DNA of 61,387 nt, from positions 1 to 61,387 of IMG/VR virus record IMGVR_UViG_3300027320_000012. One strand, given 5' to 3'. The stretch is from a virus (lineage: Duplodnaviria; Caudoviricetes). Under the pieces are notes generated by a model that ran no database searches, was not told the origin of the DNA, and was given only the letters and a program-made list of their open reading frames with translations. Within the stretch, counting starts at the first letter, position 1. Each line of letters starts with the position of its first letter. Made by a program: the position numbers and the translations under genes. Below, in pieces: positions 38,708-48,378 of the stretch.

Positions 38708-39127
38708 TTAAGGTGCTTCCACCGGAAAAAAGCCTACGATGATAGGCCAGAAGTTGATGACGGTAATCAAACCACCAATACCTGCGCCGATCAGCGCAAG
38801 ATTTCGTAGGATGCGTACAGGACCGGCCCAAGCAGATTGTTGAACAATCAAGTCGGTCTTACGGGCATCCCTCATTTCGTCAACGTCATTTCTAACGCTC
38901 CCAAGGTCCTCACGGATCGCCCTTAGATCGATCTGGACTTTGTCCACATCGCCTTGGGATCGATCAACTTTAGCGGAAAGGAGGTTCACACTATCGCGAA
39001 CAGAATCGATTGACCCGCGCAAGTTTTCGTCGCGCGTTTCCATCCCCTTGCGGAGATCACGAAGTTCACTGAGTATAAATGCAAGCCCCAAGCCGCCGCC
39101 AGTGGCTTGATCAAGTTCGTTAGACAT
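38708..39127 (-). CDS. coiled-coil protein with C-terminal TM helix
   Basis: Heptad pattern, hydrophobic C-terminus, GGAGG RBS. Confidence 0.65.
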   Translation of the reverse strand: MSNELDQATGGGLGLAFILSELRDLRKGMETRDENLRGSIDSVRDSVNLLSAKVDRSQGDVDKVQIDLRAIREDLGSVRNDVDEMRDARKTDLIVQQSAWAGPVRILRNLALIGAGIGGLITVINFWPIIVGFFPVEAP

Positions 39128-39137
39128 TATGCCTCCG

Positions 39138-39389
39138 TCAAGAGTCGTCGTCCGACGCCTTAGCGTCAGATGAAATCCAAAGCTCGAACGTATCTTCTAC
39201 GTCGTTATCGTCCAACACTTCTTCGACCGGCTCTGCCTTTTTGCGGCGGCTCTTTGTCTTTTCTTTGGGCTTGTCATCGACCGGTGGTTGTTGTGTCCAA
39301 CCATCTTCAAGCAACAGCTTATCAGCGCGGTCGCGAGACGCGACTTCGTACTTCTGACCATCGGGTGAGTAGACTGTGATGTACGCCAT
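39138..39389 (-). CDS. hypothetical protein
   Basis: GAGG RBS; VYSPDG N-terminus similar to 46044-46637. Confidence 0.65.
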   Translation of the reverse strand: MAYITVYSPDGQKYEVASRDRADKLLLEDGWTQQPPVDDKPKEKTKSRRKKAEPVEEVLDDNDVEDTFELWISSDAKASDDDS

Positions 39390-39458
39390 TGCGATACCTC
39401 GATCCTGTTATTCCTGAGAAAGGTACCACACTGTGCCGTAATTGTCACTAGGCGACGG

Positions 39459-40619
39459 TCAGCTTGCTGCCCAAATCTGCGGAATGATGCGGTTGGCGAT
39501 GTCTGCTTTGTCTTGGTCGGTGATCGTGCCAGCGGCGACAAGGTTTGTGACCGTTCCATCAAGCACAACGTCGCATCCGGGGCCGGAGTTGTCGATAACT
39601 TGCGCAACGCCTCGAACGAGGATTTGTCCCGCTGTGCATGATGCGTCAATGGTCACCTTACCCTGAGACACATCGACCGACATGGAGTTGCCCCCAGAGA
39701 AGTTCTGGATGACCATACCCCCGGACCAGTTACGAAATTGAATATCTCGCGTTGTCGCGTTACAATCAAGTACAAAAGTTACGTTTCCGGGAAACCCGGA
39801 AACACAGTTCATGAACGAAATATCGCTGATTCCAGCGGGTGATGCAGTCAGGGTTATGTTGCCGTTGACGACGCACTCAAAAGCCCCGCCTTCAAACTCC
39901 GTTATTGTTCCAAGAACACACTGACGCAAAATAGTATAACCAGTACCGAAGTCGCCCGTAACAGATAGGTTACTCAAGGAAAGAGAATCAGTGCTTCCGC
40001 CTTGAAGGACGACAACAGAATCTACAGTGTTCAGCCCCTCAATGGTGTACGTGTCTAGGTTCTCAGCTACCGGCATAACCAGCGTGTGGCGAAGTTTGAA
40101 ATTCTCCAAATTCAATCCATCAGCGATAGCGTCGGCGTCGGGCCAGTTACTGACTGGATCGGTTGTCGTTCCGCGTGGAAACTGTATTCCCGGAAGGCCA
40201 TTGATGGTGTCAATCCAAACGAATCCCGCAAACGATTGTTGGTTGATCTGGTCAGAGAATGTGAGACCGGCGGAGTTTGCTGAACGGATCGAGACTTGGT
40301 TCACGTTTGTGACGTCGCCGACGTTTGAGTTTGCGCCCACAAGGTTTACAGCGTACTGACCATCTTCAAAGGTTACGGTATAACCGTTGATGATCTCGAT
40401 GATTCGTGCGAGCGTAACGCCTCCAACCGTGATCGGCTGGACGTGGTTGTGGGTCGTCGGAAACGGCATTCCTTCCGGGTCGTCTTGAAGGTCGTTCAGG
40501 GTCTGGCGGAAGGCGTCGAGGTCGAGTTGGCGAATCTCTGTAGGGACCGACTGCACAAGAAGCATGTCGGCGCGTGGTACGTTTATTACCTGCGTTCCCC
40601 AATCAATTGTAATCGCCAT
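39459..40619 (-). CDS. putative virion structural protein
   Basis: N-terminus resembles 42878-44770; beta-helix-like C-terminal half. Confidence 0.6.
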   Translation of the reverse strand: MAITIDWGTQVINVPRADMLLVQSVPTEIRQLDLDAFRQTLNDLQDDPEGMPFPTTHNHVQPITVGGVTLARIIEIINGYTVTFEDGQYAVNLVGANSNVGDVTNVNQVSIRSANSAGLTFSDQINQQSFAGFVWIDTINGLPGIQFPRGTTTDPVSNWPDADAIADGLNLENFKLRHTLVMPVAENLDTYTIEGLNTVDSVVVLQGGSTDSLSLSNLSVTGDFGTGYTILRQCVLGTITEFEGGAFECVVNGNITLTASPAGISDISFMNCVSGFPGNVTFVLDCNATTRDIQFRNWSGGMVIQNFSGGNSMSVDVSQGKVTIDASCTAGQILVRGVAQVIDNSGPGCDVVLDGTVTNLVAAGTITDQDKADIANRIIPQIWAAS

Positions 40620-40622
40620 GTT

Positions 40623-40883
40623 TTATCGCGCAGTCGCGCCGCTCCCTTGGTGCTGCATCAAGATAAGCTTCATCTTTAGCTCCCCGATCTCTGTCTGTAG
40701 AGTATGCACTGTTTTGGACAGGTCCGCAATGGTAGCGTGGTGCTTGGTCATATCGTCGCGCAATGAGCGGACAACCTCAGCTACCGCCTTGATGTTGCGT
40801 GTGTGGATATCGTCACCTGTTGCCTTTATGACACTAGGAGACGTGTCCGCGTCAGCGGATTCAAGTTTGATGTTGTCCGTCAT
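40623..40883 (-). CDS. small coiled-coil protein
   Basis: Coupled to upstream gene (TAATG). Confidence 0.6.
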   Translation of the reverse strand: MTDNIKLESADADTSPSVIKATGDDIHTRNIKAVAEVVRSLRDDMTKHHATIADLSKTVHTLQTEIGELKMKLILMQHQGSGATAR

Positions 40884-42451
40884 TATTGATCCTGAACTTG
40901 GAATGCTGTTATTTCTAGGCCGTTGGCCGTGATCGTGCCGGACAATGGTGCTGTTTTATACAGGATTGGAGACGTACTTTTTCGGACACGTCCGGTTACG
41001 GGTTGGTTACCGAGGAAGGCGAAACCAGTGTTTTCCACAACGCCTGACCCGTTTGTAACCCCAGATAGGATGACGTCGCCAGCGGTCGCCGGTCCTCCTG
41101 TATCAGCGACGAGGTATACGCGCGCGCCGACGATGGGGCTGTTTGTTGCAGCGTCTCGGCTCGTGACGCGTACCGACACAGCGTTGACCACCGTCGTCGA
41201 TGCACCGGCACCGTTGCGTACAGTGGGCGTGCCGCCGCCGCCTGCAATGTTCAGGGTTACCGCGCCGCCTGAGTTATTGTATATTGCAGCAGAGTTTGTA
41301 CCGCCCGCCCCATAACCAGTGAACGTATTTCCAGTAAAGGTGTACGTTCCCGGAGTGGTGATTGTTATCGCGTGTCCAGCAGAGAACGTGAAGGAAGAGT
41401 TGGATATAAGGTTTGGGGCGTTGCTCTGGATATACCCAACGCCTGTGGCGGTGTTGGCGCTCGACACCGTGATACCAGACAGCGTCGCGCTGTTCTGGAT
41501 CAAGCTTGTTCCGTTGATGAGTGTCGTACCATTGAGAGTTGCTGTCGATCTCAAGGTAATGGTATCAGACCCGCGCCACACCCCCGATGTGTCGGTGAAT
41601 TCCGCGATGCCCGCCGCGTCGATGGTGAGACTCCAACGCGCGTTCGTGGGGTTAGCTGCGGATATGTTGGCTAGGTTCCAGCGGACGGTTGTGTTTGCCC
41701 CGCGAATCGCGAATTCAAAAAATCCTACCGCGACACGGCTGTCTGCAAAAACTGTAGAGAAAGCGCTGTCTTCGAACCACGAAGTCGCTGTGCCAGTCGC
41801 CGGGCCAATATAAATCTTTCCGCGACCGATGTTGGAACCGTTAAACGAAGACCACCATCCCCAAAAGTTTGTATTCTCAGCCGTGATGATTGAGGCAAAG
41901 TTGTTCGGTGTGCCGGAGGTACCGGCGTCAACTCGGACGCCGAAACCTGTCGTGAACTGGTCAATCTGTACGTTGTTAAAGTTACCCATGATCGACGTCA
42001 GCGTGTCGAAAGCGCCACCGACTTGGGTAACGTTCGTCAACTGCGCCGGGTTACCGCCAACGGTCCAACTACCGGCCAAAATGTTATCAAAGTTTCTTCC
42101 TGTATTTACAACGGCGGTAACGAAACCGCCCTTATAAAATGAACGCGGGTCCACGTTCCAACTCCCACGACTTGTACCGTTTCCAACCACAATGCGCAAC
42201 CCTCCCGTAGCGGAGATAGGGGTCTTTGTGTTGAACCACATGACAATGTGCTCGCCAAGTCTGCCGACGTTATAGTTGTACGGTCCACTGGCGATGGTTG
42301 TGGTGTAAATTTCGTTGAGACCGGTGGACGCCTTCAACCCAATAGAACCCGTGCCTTGCACAAAGTCATCGTCGGTTGAAATGTTGCCTTGGTTGAATCC
42401 CGTGATGGCGTCGGCAGTGTTTATAACTGTTCCAACAAGTGTTACTGCCAT
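40883..42451 (-). CDS. putative virion structural protein (T/G/N-rich)
   Basis: 522 aa beta-rich with Ig-like C-terminus. Confidence 0.6.
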   Translation of the reverse strand: MAVTLVGTVINTADAITGFNQGNISTDDDFVQGTGSIGLKASTGLNEIYTTTIASGPYNYNVGRLGEHIVMWFNTKTPISATGGLRIVVGNGTSRGSWNVDPRSFYKGGFVTAVVNTGRNFDNILAGSWTVGGNPAQLTNVTQVGGAFDTLTSIMGNFNNVQIDQFTTGFGVRVDAGTSGTPNNFASIITAENTNFWGWWSSFNGSNIGRGKIYIGPATGTATSWFEDSAFSTVFADSRVAVGFFEFAIRGANTTVRWNLANISAANPTNARWSLTIDAAGIAEFTDTSGVWRGSDTITLRSTATLNGTTLINGTSLIQNSATLSGITVSSANTATGVGYIQSNAPNLISNSSFTFSAGHAITITTPGTYTFTGNTFTGYGAGGTNSAAIYNNSGGAVTLNIAGGGGTPTVRNGAGASTTVVNAVSVRVTSRDAATNSPIVGARVYLVADTGGPATAGDVILSGVTNGSGVVENTGFAFLGNQPVTGRVRKSTSPILYKTAPLSGTITANGLEITAFQVQDQ

Positions 42452-42876
42452 TTCATCACCTCATATCTGTGCGTCATAACCACTGTCGCGGCATGTACGG
42501 AATGAAACACGGTATTTCTCGCTGTCGGTATTGTCACCCCGGTTGGGGCTTTGTGACCATGTGCGTGTCCAAAGAAATACCAATCAGTTTTGTGGTCAAA
42601 GTCCCACAAACTTGTTGTTTCTTCAAACTCGTTGTACGCCCCTATGTACGTTATTCTGTCCCCTGACGCAAGGGCCAAAAACTCTTCTTCGGAAGAGACG
42701 ATTTGGATGCGGTAGTTCACAGGAAGTATCGGCACGAGGTCTGTTCGGTTGATGATCACCACATCGGTGATGTCCCCCGCAGCCAAAAAGGCGTAATTCC
42801 AAGCGTCTAAGAACCCTAGACGCCCGGAATAAACATCAGTGTCGAATTCTTCAAAGAAGAAGGCGACGCCCGCCAT
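42442..42876 (-). CDS. SPOUT (TrmH/TrmL)-like fold protein, degenerate
   Basis: SLWDFDH...WYFFGHAHG...VTIPT...VFHSVHAATVVMTHR parallels SPOUT knot motifs; ATG 42876. Confidence 0.5.
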   Translation of the reverse strand: MAGVAFFFEEFDTDVYSGRLGFLDAWNYAFLAAGDITDVVIINRTDLVPILPVNYRIQIVSSEEEFLALASGDRITYIGAYNEFEETTSLWDFDHKTDWYFFGHAHGHKAPTGVTIPTARNTVFHSVHAATVVMTHRYEVMKWQ

Positions 42877-42877
42877 C

Positions 42878-44770
42878 TTACGCGTCAGACGTGCGGATCG
42901 CCGTTGTCGTTCCGCCCGCAGAACCAAGAGTACCTGTGGTTTCGAAGGTACGGATTGGTGTGCCGCCGCCGTCGCGAACGCGGATAAACAGGGAGCGGTT
43001 CGCTTGGTAAACACCAGTGAACGAAGCGCTCGTTCCAGCCGCAAGTTCATCGATGTAGCTGATGAACACGTTGTTCGCTGCTGCTGCCTCGTTGCCCAAG
43101 AAGTCTTCGTTGCCGCCAGAAGCGCCCACGTCAACTGTGAACGTCGATCCGGTGTAGGACGAGTACGCAATGCGGCGATAGATACCAGCATCATCAAGAA
43201 CGCGGATAGTACCAGAAGACGGTGTATCCAATGGGATTGCCGCGTCGATGACGATGGTCGCGACGTTGTCCGTAGCCAGCGTTGCGTTTAGGCCGAACTG
43301 GTCAACCTGCAAGATGCCGCCTGCTTCCGGCCCAACAAGGACGCGGTCTTCGCCGGACACAAGGCCGTTAACCGTGAACGTAACATTGTTCGGCGGTGTA
43401 CGCGGTGTGTTCGTAAGGTCGAATAGAAGGTCCGAAGCGGTAAGGTCTGCGGCTTCAATGCCGATACCGTACGCACCAATGATCGCCGATCCAGTAGACT
43501 GACCGATGAAGGCTGGAGAGATTGAGCGAGTTGTAACCGCGCCGTTAACGAGCATAAGTGCCGTGTGCAGGCCGTCTTGGTAAAGAACGGTGTTATCGGC
43601 TGGAACTGTTCCCTTGATAAGCTGGATATACATAGCACCAGTGGTACCGTCATCGCTGACCGCGAGGATTGTTCCGACGCCACCGCCGGTCGCTTGACCA
43701 GTCGGAGCACCGTTTACCAGCGCCGTGGTGCCGGATGTCAATCCGGTGATAACGTCGTTATCAGCGGGTGTTCCAGACTGCATCGCAACAACAAGTGTAC
43801 CATCTACACCGTTGTCGTCCAAGGACAGCACGCGACCAATGCCCGCGCCGATTGTTACGGCTTCGCCAACAACAAAGCTTGAGACAGCTTCTGTATCGTA
43901 TGTGACAAAGAGGCCCCAAGCGTAGTCTTGGTTGGTTGCCGGGTTTCCGCCGGTCTCGCCGTCGTAGGCAAAGGAGTGTGTCACGCCACGGAAGAGTTCG
44001 CCGTTCATACCGTGGATAGTTTCCGCCGTCGCGCGGCGTTGAATCCACTTGGTGCGCTCGTATAGGTCGTTGATGGACTGCGTTCCGAGGTTCCACTCAG
44101 AGTAGTATTCCTCGGCAACAAGGTCGCCAGTAACATCGATCAGGCGAAGACCTTCGGTGTTCGTGATAGAGGTCCATGTAGCAATCGTACCAGCAGCCGT
44201 CTGGTTGTTAAGGTCAGACGATGTAAAGATAGCGGCAGTAGCGTTACCAAGACCAGCGGTCAGAGAGAATTCGGCGTAGGTGTCGCCGAGTTCACGCGCT
44301 TGTACGCGAAGACGTGAACCGTCGATGTTTGCGCCGTTTTCGCGCGTCTTGATCATCAGACGAAGAAGAATGTTTGCGCCCGCATCCGTGTTGAGGCCCG
44401 TGCCCCAATAGTTCGTCAGCAGTGCGTTGTTCTGGACGATTTGAAGGTTGGTTCCAGCCGGAACCGCGCCCACGACAACGAGACCCGAATAGACAGTGTC
44501 ACCACCGGCTTGGGTGATGGAACCGTCATAAAGGGATTGCGCGGCTGTGTCATCAATGTTATATCCATTGATGAGTGTGATAATGTTGTCAGTCGAACGA
44601 TCAGACGGGGTCTGGTCGGTGATGTCGAGAAGATCGTCGCCGGACGATACAGCGTCATCAGCAAGGTCTTGCAAGAATCGGTGAAGCTCGATTACAGTGT
44701 AAGTCGGCCCACCTCCGGTGTAGCGAATGTCACCGTTAGCTGCGACAGAGAAGTCGTCTGCAATTGCCAT
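42878..44770 (-). CDS. putative abundant virion protein (fibre/filament candidate)
   Basis: 630 aa, GAGG RBS, T/G/A/D-rich. Confidence 0.6.
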   Translation of the reverse strand: MAIADDFSVAANGDIRYTGGGPTYTVIELHRFLQDLADDAVSSGDDLLDITDQTPSDRSTDNIITLINGYNIDDTAAQSLYDGSITQAGGDTVYSGLVVVGAVPAGTNLQIVQNNALLTNYWGTGLNTDAGANILLRLMIKTRENGANIDGSRLRVQARELGDTYAEFSLTAGLGNATAAIFTSSDLNNQTAAGTIATWTSITNTEGLRLIDVTGDLVAEEYYSEWNLGTQSINDLYERTKWIQRRATAETIHGMNGELFRGVTHSFAYDGETGGNPATNQDYAWGLFVTYDTEAVSSFVVGEAVTIGAGIGRVLSLDDNGVDGTLVVAMQSGTPADNDVITGLTSGTTALVNGAPTGQATGGGVGTILAVSDDGTTGAMYIQLIKGTVPADNTVLYQDGLHTALMLVNGAVTTRSISPAFIGQSTGSAIIGAYGIGIEAADLTASDLLFDLTNTPRTPPNNVTFTVNGLVSGEDRVLVGPEAGGILQVDQFGLNATLATDNVATIVIDAAIPLDTPSSGTIRVLDDAGIYRRIAYSSYTGSTFTVDVGASGGNEDFLGNEAAAANNVFISYIDELAAGTSASFTGVYQANRSLFIRVRDGGGTPIRTFETTGTLGSAGGTTTAIRTSDA

Positions 44771-44781
44771 GTTGTTTTACC

Positions 44782-45327
44782 TCAGATTATTTTGGTGACG
44801 GTGACACCCGTCAGTTTGTCGTTTCCGTCATAGGACAGGTCTTTGATGATCCCATGATAACTATCTGTAACCTTTGTCAGAAGAGCCCCGGTGTATTCCA
44901 ACACCTTGTCGTCGCCTTCTTCCTTTGTCACGCGTGTTAGTTGATCGCCCGTATACTCAAGAACGATGTCGTCGAGACGGATATACTTTACCGGTGTCTC
45001 GCTGTGCTGGTAGTTGTTTATCAGCGGTTCAGACGCTTCTGCGCCACCTGCCCAGATTGTACCCCAAAATGGCTCCGTTGGCGAGGAAAACGCGCCTTCG
45101 GTCGCGAACAAATCGGAGACCGGTGTGCTTGCCCCTTCGGCTACCGTCGCCAGAGGGTGTGACGTGCGCCCGCTGAAAGATACAACTGATGCGCCTTCTG
45201 CGATCATGCCCATGGCCTGATCTGATTGTAGGGACGCCGTGAATAGTGGCGTTGCTGTTATTCCGAGGCGGAGGGAACCGGAACGAAGTCCAATGGAACC
45301 TCCCCCGACTCCTACACATTCCGCCAT
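44782..45327 (-). CDS. hypothetical protein with short YD-like repeats
   Basis: LEYTGDQLTRVT / LEYTGALLTKVT / LSYDGNDKLTGVT. Confidence 0.6.
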   Translation of the reverse strand: MAECVGVGGGSIGLRSGSLRLGITATPLFTASLQSDQAMGMIAEGASVVSFSGRTSHPLATVAEGASTPVSDLFATEGAFSSPTEPFWGTIWAGGAEASEPLINNYQHSETPVKYIRLDDIVLEYTGDQLTRVTKEEGDDKVLEYTGALLTKVTDSYHGIIKDLSYDGNDKLTGVTVTKII

Positions 45328-45330
45328 AGG

Positions 45331-45738
45331 TTATCTCACTCTGAATTGAAGGGTGCCGACACCGAAGCTCAGCGTATCCCCGACAGGGCCGTTACGTGGG
45401 GCCACAAGGTCCCCTTCGAAAAGCATTTCACCGCTGACCGTATCAAACACGGCAGCGGCTACAATCGTCCCCCAAGACGTCCCGGTGACGGTTGGAAAGA
45501 TGATGGCGTTTGAGTTCTGGACAAGGGTGCCGACGTTTTCTGTGTGGACCGGCGCTGTCAGGGTTATGGTCTGACGCGCGTAGCCGTTAAGACCAGAGGG
45601 TTCAGCAATATTGGAGCCGTTGTCGCTGAGAGAGACGGTGCTCAGAGCAAGCTCAAGCGATGCCGGTGCCGTGGGCATTGCTGTCCCACGGAACCAGTTC
45701 GCTAGTGCTGTCTGTACGTATGTGCTATGTCCTGCCAT
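45331..45738 (-). CDS. small virion structural protein
   Basis: EPSGLNGYARQ, IIFPT...WGTI. Confidence 0.7.
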   Translation of the reverse strand: MAGHSTYVQTALANWFRGTAMPTAPASLELALSTVSLSDNGSNIAEPSGLNGYARQTITLTAPVHTENVGTLVQNSNAIIFPTVTGTSWGTIVAAAVFDTVSGEMLFEGDLVAPRNGPVGDTLSFGVGTLQFRVR

Positions 45739-45740
45739 GA

Positions 45741-46034
45741 TCAGCCCATGTTCTGGTCAGTGAAGGTGAGGACACCCGCTGTCTCGCCAGTTGCGGCAAT
45801 GACAGAGACTGTTTCACCAACGTTCACTCGGACATACTCGCAGCCGCTCATGACCAACATTGCGTTGGTCTGAGTTGCTACAGTACCCGCACGCGACACC
45901 AGAACATGGAACGCGCGGTTGCATCCGATACGGACGATTGTTGGGCTTGCGTTGGAAGGATCGAACGCCACAGCGGTAATCGCATCGATTGCTGACTGTG
46001 TAGTTGGACCGGCTTGTGCTATTGAAGACGACAT
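45741..46034 (-). CDS. small virion beta-sandwich protein
   Basis: GAGG RBS, operon packing. Confidence 0.55.
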   Translation of the reverse strand: MSSSIAQAGPTTQSAIDAITAVAFDPSNASPTIVRIGCNRAFHVLVSRAGTVATQTNAMLVMSGCEYVRVNVGETVSVIAATGETAGVLTFTDQNMG

Positions 46035-46043
46035 ATGGACCTC

Positions 46044-46637
46044 TTAGGTTGTGGTCTGCGTTGCCTCTTCAAGTTCCACGATCTTCGCGATAGCGGTTTC
46101 CTTGGAGGCGCGGTGGTGAATCTTTTCGCCAAAGCGCTCGTCTGCGATCTGCTTTAGAGCTTCCAGAGAGAACCCATCAAGATACTTCGAAAGGTTTGCC
46201 TCGCCTGATACGCGCATAGCTTCACCAGTCAGCGATTCGTCTTCCGGGGCTTCTTCGGCTTCGAGTGCGGCTTCCGCTTCAGCCAAGTCAGTCGCGGCTT
46301 CGATGACAGCTTGTGCTGCTTCTGCTTCCGTCACCTTGTGCTTGACCTCGTTCGGGTCCGCCCAAGTGTACGTCTTGTTCGCAACAAGCTCGCGAGCGTT
46401 CGCAGCACTTGTCTCAAGGGTCCCACCGTTCTTGTCGTAAATCACGACTACACTGGCAGTTGGGTCGGCAGGGCCGTCTGCTTCTGCGCGTGTGCGGCCT
46501 ACGTCTTCGCTCTTCCAAACGTATCCGGCGGTGCGGATAAGGTCGATTGCGTTGAGTCGGTCGATGTGGACTTCTTTGCCATCCGGCGAATAAATAACAG
46601 TATTCGGGGTGGCGCTATGATTTTTTGGTCCAGCCAT
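46044..46637 (-). CDS. hypothetical head-associated protein
   Basis: Internal duplication VIYSPDG/VIYDKNG; C-terminal LEALKQIA...KETAIAKI helical motif. Confidence 0.6.
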   Translation of the reverse strand: MAGPKNHSATPNTVIYSPDGKEVHIDRLNAIDLIRTAGYVWKSEDVGRTRAEADGPADPTASVVVIYDKNGGTLETSAANARELVANKTYTWADPNEVKHKVTEAEAAQAVIEAATDLAEAEAALEAEEAPEDESLTGEAMRVSGEANLSKYLDGFSLEALKQIADERFGEKIHHRASKETAIAKIVELEEATQTTT

Positions 46638-46680
46638 TAGTCGGGTACTCCGGTCTGGTGGTTTCGGGGATATGATCTGA

Positions 46681-46707
46681 AAAAGGCGGCGGTGTTAGCC
46701 GCCGCCT
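46681..46707 (-). terminator. rho-independent terminator
   Basis: AGGCGGCGG-CTAACA-CCGCCGCCT followed by TTTT on - strand. Confidence 0.8.
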
Positions 46708-46732
46708 GCTTTCTTACTTATGCGGTTTGGGC

Positions 46733-47170
46733 TTACGCGCCAGAACCGTATGCAACCCATGCTGCGAACTCGACCGAAGGCGTGGTGCCTGCGACGGTAA
46801 GGTTCAGGGCAAGCTCTTCGCGGTCTGCGGAAAGCTTTTCGAGGGTGTGACCATCGAGCTTGATGACATACTGGCCTGTGCCAACAACTGCGAGAGCACC
46901 GGCAGTGACTGCGTTTCCGCCGCCTGCTGCTGTAACTTCGACGTCGAAGGTGTAGGTTTCGTCTGCCTGAGCAGTGTCAAGCGCAGTGACGACGATTACG
47001 ACGTCATAGAATTCTGCGCCAAGCTTGTTCTTCTGGTCGCCTTCGCTGGCATTGACCATCTTGTCGAGAGCGAAAGTGCCGATCTCGCCAGTTGCCGTGA
47101 CCGCAGCGGAACCCGGAGCACGGAACGCTGTGTCAGCGTCGTAGGTGTAGTTAACTTCGGAACGTGCCAT
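46733..47170 (-). CDS. capsid decoration/minor capsid protein
   Basis: Directly after MCP, AGGAG RBS, beta-rich 145 aa. Confidence 0.7.
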   Translation of the reverse strand: MARSEVNYTYDADTAFRAPGSAAVTATGEIGTFALDKMVNASEGDQKNKLGAEFYDVVIVVTALDTAQADETYTFDVEVTAAGGGNAVTAGALAVVGTGQYVIKLDGHTLEKLSADREELALNLTVAGTTPSVEFAAWVAYGSGA

Positions 47171-47256
47171 TTCTGGTTTTTCTCCTGTGGGATTAAGGTC
47201 TTTGTAACCTATCTGAGGGGGTTGGTAGAGGGGGCTCTAAAACCCCCTCAGTGGGA

Positions 47257-48183
47257 TTACTTAGTGACCGCTGCGTTTGCTACGCCACGGAGACGTGCTG
47301 CGGCGCGCCCGTGCATGACGGCCATACCAACAAGCCATTCTACGCGAGTACGCATGACAGGTTGCGTTTGAAGTTCGCCAAGGTCGCGGACTTCCATGAT
47401 GCCGTTTTGGAGGCCAATTACGCCTTCATCGGACATGTTGACGCAGTAGATGGAGGTTGCCGTTGCAGTTGCACCGGTTCCGCCAACTTCGTTGAACGCA
47501 ACAATTTGGTCGCCGTTTGCGTCGTAGTCGATGACTACAATCGGAAGACCGTCGAACATTGTGACGCGCTTGCCGAACTCGTCTTCGGTGTACTGAATGT
47601 AGCCACCAATCTGCGGGTCAGTTGCTGCTGCGGAGAGCAGGTTACGCATCTTCTTCGACATGATGAGGTGGGTGGGGTCATCCACTTGGTCAATCAGGTC
47701 GCGGAGGTTGCTGATCTTGAGCGGGTCACCACCATCGGTCGTGCCGTTGTCAAGAAGCTGGTCGCCCGTGATACGGACGCGAAGGCCGTCGAACTCACGC
47801 GGATCAGCGGTGGAGTCACCATTGATCATCTTCGCGCCGATGGTGAGGGACAGTGCCTTCACCTTGCGAAGCTCGTGCTGACCACGGACGTCTTCCGAAG
47901 TCATCTTGAGAGTTGCGAGGTCAACGTCGAGGTCGCCACCAGAAATGCGCAAACGCTCAGTTTCTGGGTTGATGATGCCAGCGGAAGGCGTGTAACCCTC
48001 ACCAACACCACGGAATGCGACTCCCGGCAGGGAACCTTCCATGTTATATACGTATGCGCCGCCGTCAACATTGACGAATTGCGTGACGCGGAGAAGATCG
48101 CTGGTGCGTGCAAAGTGCTCGATGATTGTCGAGCGCAGTACCTCACCAGAAGCGATCTTAGAGGCTTCAAACAGAGTGATCAC
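47257..48183 (-). CDS. major capsid protein
   Basis: GTG start with AGGAG; LPGVAFRGVGEGY, EFDGL, RTRVEW...AARLRGV. Confidence 0.88.
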   Translation of the reverse strand: MITLFEASKIASGEVLRSTIIEHFARTSDLLRVTQFVNVDGGAYVYNMEGSLPGVAFRGVGEGYTPSAGIINPETERLRISGGDLDVDLATLKMTSEDVRGQHELRKVKALSLTIGAKMINGDSTADPREFDGLRVRITGDQLLDNGTTDGGDPLKISNLRDLIDQVDDPTHLIMSKKMRNLLSAAATDPQIGGYIQYTEDEFGKRVTMFDGLPIVVIDYDANGDQIVAFNEVGGTGATATATSIYCVNMSDEGVIGLQNGIMEVRDLGELQTQPVMRTRVEWLVGMAVMHGRAAARLRGVANAAVTK

Positions 48184-48378
48184 TTTCGTGTCTCCTACTT
48201 TCGGTTAAGCTTGCTTCAAGTTTTTTTCACGGGCTGTGAAGCAGACTCACCGAGTCTGAGCATGATCCCTCAACTCAGCCCAAAGAAGCTAAGGGTATTT
48301 GAAATCTCACCGCGCGCCGCGTGGCTTGATCAGTTAATGGGCGGGGTCGGGGCGCGTACGCCCCAACGTCGTTTTTTT

